NCBI GenBank assembly: GCA_964187785.1
Contig: OZ076409.1
Span: 82,710,001 to 82,774,000, forward strand
Length of the DNA stretch: 64,000 nucleotides
From: Amphiscolops sp. MND2022
Taxonomy: Eukaryota
Reading direction: 5' to 3'
Positions 1-13,400 of this stretch are shown here, one piece after another. A model generated the notes under the pieces. It worked only from the letters and a program-made list of their open reading frames with translations, had not been told where the DNA came from and did no database searches. Each line of letters begins with the position of its first letter. Position 1 is the stretch's first letter. Made by a program: the position numbers and the translations under genes.

Positions 1-9
1 GATTCTAAC

Positions 10-453
10 CTCGCCCAAGCCCCATAATAGTCGGCAACACCCCGGAACTCTCATCCGGCACTGTCAGGAAAGATGAAAAACGAGGTGAAGTCGTCTTATG
101 TCCTCCAGCAACAACAGCCGTTTCTGTAGGAGTCTTCGTAGTACCTGCCTCTTCTTCATTAGAGGGGGGATCATCCTCACCTACATGAGGATGTCGTGAC
201 AACGAGAGCAATTTTGATAAGGGGACGTCGAGCTCATGACAAGGAACAGACGAAACGCTAGGCAAGGACGTGTCACCTCTGGCTACTGTCTTGACCACAG
301 CAGTCCCAGTTCCAAGCTCCTGATTTGACTCCTGTGCATCGGGATCAACGGGCGCAGACAAGGGAACGACCTCCACTGCAGAAAGATCCGCAGGCAAAGG
401 GACTCCAGAGACAACTGCTGGTACCACAGAAGTAGAACCAGGCAAATCAGAAC
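10..453 (-). CDS. Element A antisense gene, Ser/Pro/Val-rich exon (phase 1-1)
   Basis: Minus-strand acceptor TGTTTCAG| at 454 and donor |GTTAG at 9. The 444-nt exon is open in the frame of ORF 5..445. It matches exon 2 of the B antisense gene in position and phase. Confidence 0.7.
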
Positions 454-579
454 CTGAAACAACATTCCCAAATCGACGCGTCAGAAAACCTAAGCTGTGA
501 AAATGCGAAACAGAAAAGGCCTATCTGATAGTAGTATTATTCACAAAAAGCTTAATGGATTGGGGAACGACAAACTTAC

Positions 580-820
580 CAGCATTAAGCTGTACAGTCG
601 AAGGGTCGGCATCATGTCTCTCCCGAATGTCTGCTTCTGTGAAGAGAAATTGAGTATCGTAACCGCTCTGGAAGCCAGATTCAACACGGCGCGGAAACAC
701 ATTTGGTTTTTCAACAGCAATCTGAAAAGGAGAAGGGCTGGAAACAACAACCAAATTGACGTCATCATAACGGTGACAAAACAGAAGTTGGCTAATTACC
801 AACGAAATCGACGTCGGCAT
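580..820 (-). CDS. Element A antisense gene, upstream exon (5' limit uncertain)
   Basis: Donor |GTAAGT at 579, intron 454-579, phase 1, splices in frame to exon 453-10. Peptide SGFQSGYDTQFLFTEADI resembles SGHISGNETGYNYSEDDI in B exon 1. Confidence 0.6.
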
Positions 821-1163
821 AACGTCGACAAAAAGGTTATCAGGGTTAAAAAATTAATCCTATATCCCAAAATGACGTCATCAAAACGGTGACAGAATTG
901 AAAGTTAGCTAAGCTAGCGAAATGACGTCAGCATAACGTCGACAAGTTTGGCTAAGTAAATTATTTCAATTTACAGCCAATAAAATACGATGTCGACATA
1001 ACGTCAACATCTGAGGATTAAAATCGATTAAAATGATTGAACAGCCAATCAGAATAGAGGGATTTATCCCAATATTCTCCTTAATCCTAACTATTCCGGA
1101 ATTCATTGTGGAACAATTAAATACGAACGACAGCTGCAAAAGGAAGGAAACCTCACAAAGAAG

Positions 1164-1869
1164 ATGAATAATTTGCTAGATATATACGAGTTGATCGACA
1201 TTTCATCGTCAAGCGAAGAGGAAGGCGAGATCACAACAGCTTCTACCCCGTTACCTAGGGCCAACAAAGAGTACCCCAGAATATTTGTCGAAATACTGAA
1301 CTCGTCAGCGGAAGCTACTGCAGATGAAGAAGAATTCCTCGACCTTTCTCTAGACTCCCTGGAATCTGAATGCAAAAGAATGAAACTCAGTGAACCCTAC
1401 ACGATCTTCGAAACAGTGGAATCGTGTCAGTACCCTCAGTCGGAAAGTCCCGAAGAAATAGTAATGGCCGACTCCCCAGAGAGCCCAGATGAAAACTTGT
1501 CATCTGACATATTTGTTGTTGAAACCTCGGCAAATGATAAAGAGTCGATAACGAGCAGTAAAGTAGCAGAATATCTCGGAAAGGTGCACCAGGAAGACGC
1601 TTCTTCTTACTTCAACCCCCCCGGGAACGCCAAAAAAGATAAATTTCTTGCAGGCAAGCCCTTTGAACAACTTGGAGAGGAGGGTACAGACGGTCACCAC
1701 TACTCCGACAATCGCCTCACAACTCAGAGCCCCGGGCAGCGTCAATCTTCTTACAAGAGCGGCCCTGTCACAGCCCGCTCCCGGTCTGGCTTGTGGTTGC
1801 CGACGACTGAAGATCGGGAGAGGACATGGAGGCAATCTGAGATTCCCCAAATCTTTTTTTAACTGGTAA
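1164..1869 (+). pseudogene. Element A accessory SIM-motif ORF crossing PPT/U3, with one apparent frameshift near 1570-1650
   Basis: N-terminus LIDISSSSEEE...STPL matches B ORF 30653 (VIDISSDEE...STPL). The +1-frame tail RAALSQPAPGLACGC..GRG matches B RGALSRPAPGRGCEWC..GRG. Confidence 0.7.
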
Positions 1870-4104
1870 CTCTAAAACTTTATCTTTGAAATAAACTGTG
1901 ACTAGAAATGTGAAAATACATCTACGTCGCGCAAACTTTAACTGGAAATGAAAACAGAGAACAAAAGGAGCCAAAATGATTTCACGCATTTCCGGTAAGA
2001 CGTATTCGCCACGTCAAAATAGCAACATTCGCCACCTGAAAACTAAATTGAAATACGTTCTAAAACAAAGAAAACATGGTCTAATCTAAATGAAAACGTA
2101 GTCAAAATCATCTCCCAAAAAACATCAATCAGATCTAAAATAGAAAATACACTGAGACGGCACACCGATTGATTTAAGCCTTTTCTTAGAAAGGCAGCTT
2201 AATTACTCTTTGAACAGCAATTAAAGTGGTTTAGGACGTCAATACTGCGCTGAGTAAACAAAGCGGCGAAAGAAATATGAATACATGTATATTTGTCGTC
2301 AGTAAGACGCAGACAAGTTTGAAGGTATACCAATTGACGTCACTGCCTCGCATACGCGTACCAGCAAATCATTCCAATTTACCGCCACTGTGACGTCACT
2401 GCCCCGGCAGCTAGCGAGAGACTCATTTCTAAAATACTCGTCAGCATTGCGTCGAATTAGTCAAATCTCTACTCTACCAAGAAAACTTGTCAACATGACG
2501 TCGACAAGTTTATAAAGCTCAAAATTCTGCCAAGAAAACTCGTCAACACGACGTTGCCAAGTTTATGAGATTGAACAAAATGGATGTATTTGTAAGATCA
2601 GATAAGGTTTTCGTCGCGCTAAAGTTGCTATTATGCTAAGAGAAAATACTCGCAGGTTATTTCAATTCGTAAAATAAGTGTAGATACGGCATTCCTATAA
2701 CTTAAGGTACTGGCTTAAAGTAGTTTCCACACATATAGGATAGTTTAAATCCACGGTAATTGATCGTCTCGCATTTATCAACAACGAGGAAATTCCCTTA
2801 CATAAACCATTTTTCCTCTATGTGAGTTCATAGTAAAATAATCAGAAAGTCACAGTTTATGCTTTCAACTAAAGTATATTTTGTACTGAAAATGCATTTT
2901 CATATACTTCGCACTTTATACCCTATGATATTGGACGCTATATTTATGATCAAGATCATATTTTCCATACTAATTCACTTGTTGCTATCCATTAAATGCG
3001 TTGCATTGTCGTTGCTATTTAACAAACGTTGCTGTTAATTTTGTAAAATTTGTCGCACTTGTCACGACATGACAAGTTCTCTAATGGTGTATTATTTGGT
3101 ACCATGTTTTTTAATTCTATTTCTGACGAAAGAATGAGTCCAAATTCATAAATTATCGTCTTAGCATCGTTCAAATAATCACGCTTTGAAATTAGTCATA
3201 GCATTTTGATCATGCCGAATTTCAAAATCAGGTATTTGTTGTTCACGTCAGCGTCATCTTATCGTCAATTTCCCGCGAACCAAAGCAGTAAAACAGGGAA
3301 GCATTTCCGGTTTGACAGACTGAAGTAATATCTACTTCCTGCTTGGGAGGAAGCAAAAGGACGCCGGGATGAAATGATATGATCATGTTTGATGACTAAT
3401 GCTAGTTTAAAATTGTCGTGTCTTAAAAATCGACGAAATTTCGACGCAAATTTGGGAACTTCGTGATTTTTTCATCGATAAAACAGGAAATGACTAATTG
3501 TTCGAGGAAATTAGGGATTATAGTCGTGATCAAATGATGCTGGGAAGGTATAAATATGATAGGATTTGATGATTAGGGGACTCAGTCTTTTGCAATTGTT
3601 CTATTCAGTTGAATTTCAATTTCGCTAAACTCTCACTTTGTCTAACTTTGTTAGAAAATATCTCTGAAAGAAATCAATTCTTCAAGAAAAAACTTTTCTA
3701 CAACAAAATGTCAACAACAAGAAACCTAAAAAGAAGGAATGACCAGCAAGGAAGTGATAGAAATGTAAGTGAAGGTTTTGTTTCACCAATAGTAATGGAA
3801 AATCCCTGTTCCTCAGGTCTAGGCGTGGAAGTAGCAGGCCCATCTAGACCAAAATCACCCCGAATCGAAAATAGCCTCTTAGAGAGCCTAAGAACTTCTT
3901 TGAAAGAGGAGATAACTTCCGAGATTAAGAATCTCCTCATCGAATCTCAAAAGGAGATGTTGGAACTCCTTAAACCTAAAACAGGAGAGAATATTAGAGA
4001 TAATCTCGATGAGGAAACGGAGAACGAAACTAGAAACTTTTATACTCCGACAAAATCAGTAGGAATAAATTCTACGCAAAACGACCCGAACATAAGTCGC
4101 AACA
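1766..4104 (+). repeat. 3' LTR of element A (2339 bp)
   Basis: TG...CA ends. Start TGTCACAGCCCGCTCCCGGTC vs B TGTCACGACCCGCTCCCGGTC; end AGTCGCAACA vs B AGTCGTAACA. TATAAAT at 3549. Confidence 0.85.
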
Positions 4105-4130
4105 CCAGTTGGAAGAATTTAGGTTTTTAA
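3708..4130 (+). CDS. LTR-encoded Gag N-terminal (coiled-coil-like) segment reading out into the flank
   Basis: MSTTRNLKRR...LKEEITSEIKNLLIESQKEMLELLKP...NISRN is homologous to B Gag MTTRSQKRK...LRKEIMTDLTKLLAENQKEMLKLIAP...NNSRN. Confidence 0.7.
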   Translation: MSTTRNLKRRNDQQGSDRNVSEGFVSPIVMENPCSSGLGVEVAGPSRPKSPRIENSLLESLRTSLKEEITSEIKNLLIESQKEMLELLKPKTGENIRDNLDEETENETRNFYTPTKSVGINSTQNDPNISRNTSWKNLGF

Positions 4131-5624
4131 TTGGAGGATTTTAGAATACACTAATTTAGGTTCAAAAATCACTTGAATAGGATCTAAAACCACCGGAATA
4201 ATTTATGAAGATCACTGGCATAAGACCTGAAATACCCCAGTACGACGATAATTTCTTCAATCTCTTTCCAGAGATTTTGAATTATTACGGCAAATCAATG
4301 TTAAAGCTGAAAAAGCGCGTTAAGACCTGGCAACAGAATTATCATACGAATCTAACTGTTTAAAACTCTTGATCGAAATTTTTCCAATCTTATTGAGATT
4401 CGATCTTGCGATAATGATACTTCTTAGTAAGATCTTGGTAGAATAATGCAATGGTATCCATGCTTGCCAAGATGTAGTGAGAATTTGGCAAGTTTTGGGC
4501 ATGGCAGCCAAGATGCCAGAAAGCGGGTAACCCGGGTGCATTATATTAAACGTATTAAGGTATTGCCGCTTCCATCGCAACAACATTTAATGACAACACA
4601 TTCATTGTCCAATAGGAAAACAGCAAAAACTTTTAGCAACAACATACATCTTGGATAAATGGATCTGCGTGTCGCAGGTGACTGACTATTCATTGCACCG
4701 AAAATTGAAATAGTTCTAATGGCGCCGAAAGGTAAAAACGTGCTACGTAAACTAATCAATTTCCATACCAGCTATGATCTTTACATTCGTTGTATGACTC
4801 GGCCTGTCTCTTTTACGAGGCGCTCCGAGCCTCTCAAGGGTGTCATTCGTCGTCAAAACCAGTCGCTTGTCAAGTAAGGATACATCCTCCGCTTCGCTCC
4901 GCTCTTGCATTTATTGCACTAGGGATATATGAAATTACAATATTCTAATAAGTTTGACGCTTTAAAGCACACAATCTCAATTAACATAATTCTTTCCTAT
5001 TTCAGTTTCACAAGCGTTTGATACTTATTTTTAGACGCGATGAATGTTTGGCTCGATGGGAATACACAAGTTCCTCAAAATTGTCAGGCCAACTTCCAGC
5101 ATTATTGAGTGTTCCCTCAGTCGGTCTAAAGTTGCCTTGGTCCAACACAGATATTCAATAACGCCTTAACATTTGAAGTCACAGTAGTTTTTCTGCAGGC
5201 AAATCGTAGGCATTGGGAGATGAAAACCTTTTAAGAGTTTATTGTATAATGAGTTGTTACAAAAATGCATTTAAAGAATGTCGTCTTCTCTGTCAGAACC
5301 TTTAATATTAAAAGGGTTACCATTAGTATTGCATTACATTTTATGTTGTATGGAGAGTGACTACCGTATGGAGAGTCGACCTACCCGGGTTTTTCCAGAA
5401 ACGTGCCTTGATCATTGTCTTTCGAAACCCAATCACATTTTTAGTCGGCGCCTTTTCCTTTAAGGAAAAAAGCCCGATTATTACAGTGTGTATTTTTTTC
5501 AGCTGACAATCTAACTCTGAATGGTCCAATTTTTTTACAATTTTCATGAGTCATGAATTCTTGCTTGTGAAGTACTTTTACTTTTTCCAATGATTGCGAA
5601 GTATTTTTACATCATCTAAGAAAC

Positions 5625-5910
5625 TCAACGGGGCCAAAAGGTACTCCCAAAAAGTATTTTCGGCTCGGTGAGGCTTTTTTCCGGAAAAAAACTTTCCCCA
5701 AAGTGTCCCCCTTTCAGTTTTTTGATATTTTCCCACAGAATGGAAGTTGAAAAATCCAAAAGGGTCCCCCTTCCAGTTTTTTCAGCATAGTCAGACTTTA
5801 AAAAAAATTCATAAAAGGGTCCCCAATTCACCAATACTTTGACATTTTGAAGTCCTTTTGCTTTTTTGAGCCTTAGATATGGCGCCGACTTGGGCCGTTC
5901 CCGGCTTGTT
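5625..5910 (+). repeat. Dispersed non-autonomous repeat, possibly DINE-1/Helentron-associated type (left limit approximate)
   Basis: End motif GGCGCCGACTT(G/A)..CCGTT.CC..CTTG(T/C)T recurs at 17101-17130 and 49937-49966. Related GGCACT(A/G)TG motifs occur at 6481, 6820, 7726, 16900 and 50978. Confidence 0.55.
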
Positions 5911-6161
5911 CCCATTGAGTTTTGTAAATTTGTTTTTCCTTCGGCTGCTTTGCTTTTTTATATATCGACAGTTTCGAGCTGTTTTTCACATGCCAATGAT
6001 GCGACAAGGCAAAAAATGAAACTTACTGGAAATTGGCTATTTTATTTATCCTCGTTAGCTTATGAGAACCTTCATTATTTTTTCTGCCTTCATATGATTC
6101 TATTAAAGTATAAAGTAAAACGATAACATTGCAAGACAAACATGAGGTTTCCTGAAAGTTT

Positions 6162-9100
6162 TAAAGCATTGTTTCTGCTGTACTACCAGCTACAATATCA
6201 TTGTGCGCACCGTTGGTTATCAGGAGCTCTTCAAGCTATGGCCACGTTATCAGCAAGTACGCTGTTAACGGTTCAACTGGGGCAATTTTTGTCGGTAAAA
6301 AATCAGCACAATATTGTAAGTTTCAATCCTTGGCGTTCAAGTTCTTGTTGTTATTATTATCTCAAGCATACAGTGCCCAACATACCCCGAAGGATGCCAT
6401 AAGACTCGAAAACCGCTTTTCCCTAATACGAAACATCGAAAATTGTCGAACTTTCGTTCAAACCATTCGTAAATGTTTTATAGTGCCGAAAAACAGAATT
6501 GGAGACCCTTCTGTTCGCAAAACGATATGCAAAACGGTCCACCCCAAACTGAAACTTTTTCAAAAAACTATACCTCCATTTTACCGAAAAAGAAAGGCTT
6601 CGACAAAAAATCGCACAGTGCCGAAAGAGCCGTAGGTCACTTACACAATTACTGAGAAAAATCCTATTAGTCCCACAGCACTGAAAGCAATCAAATATCA
6701 CCTTAAAACCCGAAAAACGGTTTTTCTCAACTAAACCGCTCTCAAACAAACAAAAATTTTAGGAAAATTCGAAAATTTTTTTGCAATCATTTCTTCAAAA
6801 AATGTCTCCTGTAAGTCTCATAGTGCCGAAACACCCTGAGAGGCAATCTATTTTCGCAATACATTTTGTTTTTAATAAAAATTGAGGGGCTCTGGTAAAA
6901 AATATATATATAGAAAGTCGCATGGTACCAAAAAAAACAAAAGTCCTTCAGTTTTTTCCTCTACTTTTGCAAGCATGAAAAAAATTGTTTATGTGCGGAA
7001 CTCCAAACTACGTACTTTCGCTTCTCAGGCCCCGTCCCCAGGCCTGGAAATCCGTGTTAACCACTGGGCCAAAAGGTGGGCCCACTTTCATGGAAAAAAT
7101 TATGACCGATTCGATTTTATGAAAGGACGTTACTTGTTAACTGAAAATAAAACTTGCTACTGTAAGAGTCAGCACATTTTATCAAAAAACGCGGAGTAAA
7201 AATGAACAGTGCTAATGAACCTAAGCTTACAAGCTTACAATGTATCCTTTTCAAACGAACTGCTCATGGAAACCCATTGATCCCTCAGTTTTGGAAAAAC
7301 CTAAAAAACCTACTGAAGAGTTGAAACAATTTTCATCCGCAGAAAAGTTCTCACAAGGTTTTTAGTCGGGGCTATTAGAATAAAAGAGCCCGGTTCTTTC
7401 AATCACTCATTTTTTTGTTTGTCTTCGAGACATGCTCGAATGCGACGAAATTTTAGTTCAGTTCTTTCAACTAAACGAATACCCCTTAAACGTAGATAAG
7501 TAAGTGCAGAGGGTCCGCTTTTTTATTTTTTTTGTAACAAAACATGCAAAATTGGACGGAGACTAAAGGGTCCTCTTTTGTATTTTTTGCGGCACTTCGA
7601 GATTTTTTTCGAATTTTTTTCATGTCTCCAAAGTGTTCTCCCTTCATTTTTTTTGAAATTTTGCATTGAAATTTTTTGAAATTTGATGTTAAAAAACCGA
7701 AAGTGTCCCTCCTTTCACATTTTTGGCACTATGAGACTGTTTCAGAATTATCATTTTTTGTCGGAAATTAAGTTTCTCAATATATATGCGCCAAAAAAAT
7801 TTCCCAATAGTATTCGAATTTCGTTATATTTTTGTCAAAATTCGTTGTATCCGTTATATATTTCGTTATGTAAGTCAAAATTGAGCTTTAATAAAAAAAA
7901 GAGAAAGAATTTCGAAAAAGTGTTCTCATGTGACCAAGCACACTGTATCCGAACATTTGGAGACGTTTTCCTAGCAAGAAAAACACTCTTTGTATGTTTA
8001 GACACTTTTTTGTATGTTTTTCATCGTTGAAAAGGTCCTGCTGAGCATATTGCCCTGAGCACGATTCAAATAAATGGTTTTCGGTTTCATAAGAAGGAGA
8101 AACAATACTTACATTCTTTTGTAAAGTTATGGGGATCATCGTTTCAGAAATCTGCAGTTAAAACTTGTAACAAACAGAGAGTACCACGTTATTCTGATTC
8201 TCAAAGAGTTTAATAAATATATAGCTGGTGACATCAACTATTTTACACGCAATTCTAATTATGATTCATGTAGGTTTTTGGTCGAAGCTAGTTTTGTTTA
8301 TAGAGAGAACTTTGGTTTTCAAAAATTGCTGTTGATATAGAGAAATGTTAGTCGTATTCGTTTCAAGACGCACGCTCTTTTATCTTTGTCTAAATAAAAA
8401 TGCAAAGACTCTTTTTGAAAGAAAAGCCATGGCATGTTATACTATTTGTGCGTTGATAAAAACGGTGGCAGTTGTACTATTAATTAGGGCACGTTCGGAT
8501 CCGCAACTTATTCGCAGAAAAACAGCCACTTCTTCGCAATGGATGTTGCAGTTTACATTTTGAAACAGAAAAAAAAGCTGACATTCCAAGTCCGGAACGT
8601 GGTTCTGTATTGTGTATAAAATGTCTATTCAGCAGTTAGATCCGTTTCCGAGATGCAGGGCTACTGCGATTATGTTCGGACACTGTTACGAAAAGCCTCG
8701 GCAATATAATTGAAAATTTCGAAAAAAAGTGCCCGGATAGTCTCTTCTACAGTTTTGAGGTCTCGAATTCATGAATATTTTTGAAAGTCCTGAATTTCAA
8801 TACTTCGTATTCTCAAATGACCAACAGTCCAAATATTGAAAGAGTAGATGTTGACGCCAGTTATTCAATCTCTTTAGTCTCTTGATAAGACTCTTACTAC
8901 AGTTTTTGTTGAGAAATTCAAGATGTTTGTGAGAAGCATCAATAAAGAAAATCCTATCAAGTCTTCCAAGAGTAAACGGAAACGCGTAAGCATATGCAAG
9001 ATCTTGTAGAATATATTCAAAGATCTTTCAAAGAAGTTTCAATATATTTTGCACTGGTCACTTTCAACTCTGCAGACCAATTGATCTCCCAATTAAACTA

Positions 9101-10482
9101 CAGAGTTATTTTCGAGTTTCCTTACAACTAGTCCAATATAGTTTGAACCATTAGTTCATACCACCTTCAGGACTGTCTATCAGTTTCTTTAATCTAATCA
9201 GTATTGGATATTTTGTTGAATTTATTCTAAAATATATGTATTTTGAACAATGTTCGAACACTTAAGCACGTTCTTCCTGCTTCAAAATCATCTCCGAGCG
9301 CCTGTGTCTGTCTCTTTGAGTTTCCAGCTTGCTCAGTCAAAGACATGTCATTCATCCATTTCAGACAAGTTGGGCTAATCTTTGGTGCTCAAATATGTGA
9401 TTATTACATACAGATCGCTGCAGTTGACCCAAATTTATTTGGCACACAAATTTGGCTGGAAATTCAGTCTTACGGATTATTTTGTAAATTTGGAGCATTC
9501 TTGATACTTGATCTCAAGGTGTAACCATATTTTTGGCTCTTTTTACACGTTTTCCCCATAGGGTATAGAATCTGAAGAAACTTATTCTTCAATGAAGCGG
9601 ATATAATCCCAAATTTGAGTGAAATGAGTAAAATAAGGCTATTGGTCAGTAACACAAGGTACTTCTGAACTGACATTCTTGATTGTCTGTGAACATGACA
9701 TTTTAATTACTTTCATAGCTTTGTGAAATCGTTTTTGTAAGCTTTTGACTGGAACTGATAACTTCATTTCTATGCTTACAATAGTTGTGCCTTCGCTCAG
9801 GAAGAGATCGCGATAAAGGATCTTGTCCGCTACCAAAGCAACAAAGCAACTCTATTCAGTTGAGCACTCAGCGTTTGAGTTTATTCAGATGTTCAAGTAT
9901 TTAGATTAGTTTTTTGGAGTCTTTCTTAAATTGACATGCCAGGACTGCATAAGTGGGCGCCCCGCGCTCTGCATGTGAAACAAATTATGTTTATCAAGTA
10001 CTATCTGTAATCAAATGCTACAAATCAGTGAACGATACATTAAAAAGAAATTTTCATTCAAAAAGCAACATTATCAAAAATACAACAAACAACAGTTCAT
10101 GTTTTGGAGAAATAGCTAAATGATAACAGTTTGTGACGTCTGGTGCACCCTATTTGCAAAAGCAGCATGTACTTACAAAAGGAGCGTAATATGTCGCATC
10201 CTTGAACTTTTTTCAGAAATGATATCCTAGACGTTTCCCCGCATGCGGCAACCTGTGACAAACTAAAACCGTTTTAGTTTGTCACAGGTTGCCACATGCG
10301 GGGAAACGTCTAGGATATCATGGTGACCATCTAGTGTGAAAAATGTGTTACAGCTCAGCGAGGTTTGCTATTATAAGAGAAAAGGTGGATCTTTCATTCT
10401 TATATTCTCAATTCTCAATGGTTCTCATTCTCAGTGAGAACACAACATTATGAAAGTCAAGAAGTAGTAATACATTTATGAG
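6162..10482. repeat. Tandem duplication, copy 1 (4321 bp)
   Basis: Near-identical to 10483-14805; the ORF track repeats with an offset of 4321-4323. Confidence 0.97.
10219..10321. repeat. 103-bp near-perfect palindrome (51-bp arms, 1 mismatch, 1-nt centre)
   Basis: ATGATATCCTAGACGTTTCCCCGCATGCGGCAACCTGTGACAAACTAAAAC, then C, then its reverse complement. Confidence 0.97.
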
Positions 10483-13400
10483 TAAAGCATTGTTTCTGCT
10501 GTACTACCAGCTACAATATCATTGTGCGCACCGTTGGTTATCAGGAGCTCTTCAAGCTATGGCCACGTTATCAGCAAGTACGCTGTTAACGGTTCAACTG
10601 GGGCAATTTTTGTCGGTAAAAAATCAGCACAATATTGTAAGTTTCAATCCTTGGCGTTCAAGTTCTTGTTGTTATTATTATCTCAAGCATACAGTGCCCA
10701 ACATACCCCGAAGGATGCCATAAGACTCGAAAACCGCTTTTCCCTAATACGAAACATCGAAAATTGTCGAACTTTCGTTCAAACCATTCGTAAATGTTTT
10801 ATAGTGCCGAAAAACAGAATTGGAGACCCTTCTGTTCGCAAAACGATATGCAAAACGGTCCACCCCAAACTGAAACTTTTTCAAAAAACTATACCTCCAT
10901 TTTACCGAAAAAGAAAGGCTTCGACAAAAAATCGCACAGTGCCGAAAGAGCCGTAGGTCACTTACACAATTACTGAGAAAAATCCTATTAGTCCCACAGC
11001 ACTGAAAGCAATCAAATATCACCTTAAAACCCGAAAAACGGTTTTTCTCAACTAAACCGCTCTCAAACAAACAAAAACTTTAGGAAAATTCGAAATTTTT
11101 TTTGCAATCATTTCTTCAAAAAATGTCTCCTGTAAGTCTCATAGTGCCGAAACACCCTGAGAGGCAATCTATTTTCGCAATACATTTTGTTTTTAATAAA
11201 AATTGAGGGGCTCTGGTAAAAAATATATATATAGAAAGTCGCATGGTACCAAAAAAAAACAAAAGTCCTTCAGTTTTTTCCTCTACTTTTGCAAGCATGA
11301 AAAAAATTGTTTATGTGCGGAACTCCAAACTACGTACTTTCGCTTCTCAGGCCCCGTCCCCAGGCCTGGAAATCCGTGTTAACCACTGGGCCAAAAGGTG
11401 GGCCCACTTTCATGGAAAAAATTATGACCGATTCGATTTTATGAAAGGACGTTACTTGTTAACTGAAAATAAAACTTGCTACTGTAAGAGTCAGCACATT
11501 TTATCAAAAAACGCGGAGTAAAAATGAACAGTGCTAATGAACCTAAGCTTACAAGCTTACAATGTATCCTTTTCAAACGAACTGCTCATGGAAACCCATT
11601 GATCCCTCAGTTTTGGAAAAACCTAAAAAACCTACTGAAGAGTTGAAACAATTTTCATCCGCAGAAAAGTTCTCACAAGGTTTTTAGTCGGGGCTATTAG
11701 AATAAAAGAGCCCGGTTCTTTCAATCACTCATTTTTTTGTTTGTCTTCGAGACATGCTCGAATGCGACGAAATTTTAGTTCAGTTCTTTCAACTAAACGA
11801 ATACCCCTTAAACGTAGATAAGTAAGTGCAGAGGGTCCGCTTTTTTATTTTTTTTTGTAACAAAACATGCAAAATTGGACGGAGACTAAAGGGTCCTCTT
11901 TTGTATTTTTTGCGGCACTTCGAGATTTTTTTCGAATTTTTTTCATGTCTCCAAAGTGTTCTCCCTTCATTTTTTTTGAAATTTTGCATTGAAATTTTTT
12001 GAAATTTGATGTTAAAAAACCGAAAGTGTCCCTCCTTTCACATTTTTGGCACTATGAGACTGTTTCAGAATTATCATTTTTTGTCGGAAATTAAGTTTCT
12101 CAATATATATGCGCCAAAAAAATTTCCCAATAGTATTCGAATTTCGTTATATTTTTGTCAAAATTCGTTGTATCCGTTATATATTTCGTTATGTAAGTCA
12201 AAATTGAGCTTTAATAAAAAAAAGAGAAAGAATTTCGAAAAAGTGTTCTCATGTGACCAAGCACACTGTATCCGAACATTTGGAGACGTTTTCCTAGCAA
12301 GAAAAACACTCTTTGTATGTTTAGACACTTTTTTGTATGTTTTTCATCGTTGAAAAGGTCCTGCTGAGCATATTGCCCTGAGCACGATTCAAATAAATGG
12401 TTTTCGGTTTCATAAGAAGGAGAAACAATACTTACATTCTTTTGTAAAGTTATGGGGATCATCGTTTCAGAAATCTGCAGTTAAAACTTGTAACAAACAG
12501 AGAGTACCACGTTATTCTGATTCTCAAAGAGTTTAATAAATATATAGCTGGTGACATCAACTATTTTACACGCAATTCTAATTATGATTCATGTAGGTTT
12601 TTGGTCGAAGCTAGTTTTGTTTATAGAGAGAACTTTGGTTTTCAAAAATTGCTGTTGATATAGAGAAATGTTAGTCGTATTCGTTTCAAGACGCACGCTC
12701 TTTTATCTTTGTCTAAATAAAAATGCAAAGACTCTTTTTGAAAGAAAAGCCATGGCATGTTATACTATTTGTGCGTTGATAAAAACGGTGGCAGTTGTAC
12801 TATTAATTAGGGCACGTTCGGATCCGCAACTTATTCGCAGAAAAACAGCCACTTCTTCGCAATGGATGTTGCAGTTTACATTTTGAAACAGAAAAAAAAG
12901 CTGACATTCCAAGTCCGGAACGTGGTTCTGTATTGTGTATAAAATGTCTATTCAGCAGTTAGATCCGTTTCCGAGATGCAGGGCTACTGCGATTATGTTC
13001 GGACACTGTTACGAAAAGCCTCGGCAATATAATTGAAAATTTCGAAAAAAAGTGCCCGGATAGTCTCTTCTACAGTTTTGAGGTCTCGAATTCATGAATA
13101 TTTTTGAAAGTCCTGAATTTCAATACTTCGTATTCTCAAATGACCAACAGTCCAAATATTGAAAGAGTAGATGTTGACGCCAGTTATTCAATCTCTTTAG
13201 TCTCTTGATAAGACTCTTACTACAGTTTTTGTTGAGAAATTCAAGATGTTTGTGAGAAGCATCAATAAAGAAAATCCTATCAAGTCTTCCAAGAGTAAAC
13301 GGAAACGCGTAAGCATATGCAAGATCTTGTAGAATATATTCAAAGATCTTTCAAAGAAGTTTCAATATATTTTGCACTGGTCACTTTCAACTCTGCAGAC

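Larger units (their letters stand above)
1..4104 (+). mobile_element. Element A: 3' part of a giant-LTR Ty3/Gypsy retrotransposon, a diverged relative of element B (5' part outside window)
   Basis: Same order of parts as the 3' end of B: antisense exons, CCAAT-rich spacer, SIM ORF, then an LTR starting GGCCC|TGTCAC (1766) and ending AGTCGCAACA (4104) with a Gag-N ORF inside. Confidence 0.85.

Noticed and set aside
4780..4925. Helitron 3' end (weak hairpin then CTAG)
   Set aside because: Stem of only about 4 bp and no second copy in the window.
6142..8563. Short ORFs of 60-144 aa, repeated in copy 2
   Set aside because: They lie in AT-rich repeat sequence, have no motifs and recur only because of the duplication.
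8700..9676. Possible decayed minus-strand host gene (hydrophobic N-terminus, LDRIFFIDA-like stretch)
   Set aside because: Stops in all frames and no family can be supported by eye.
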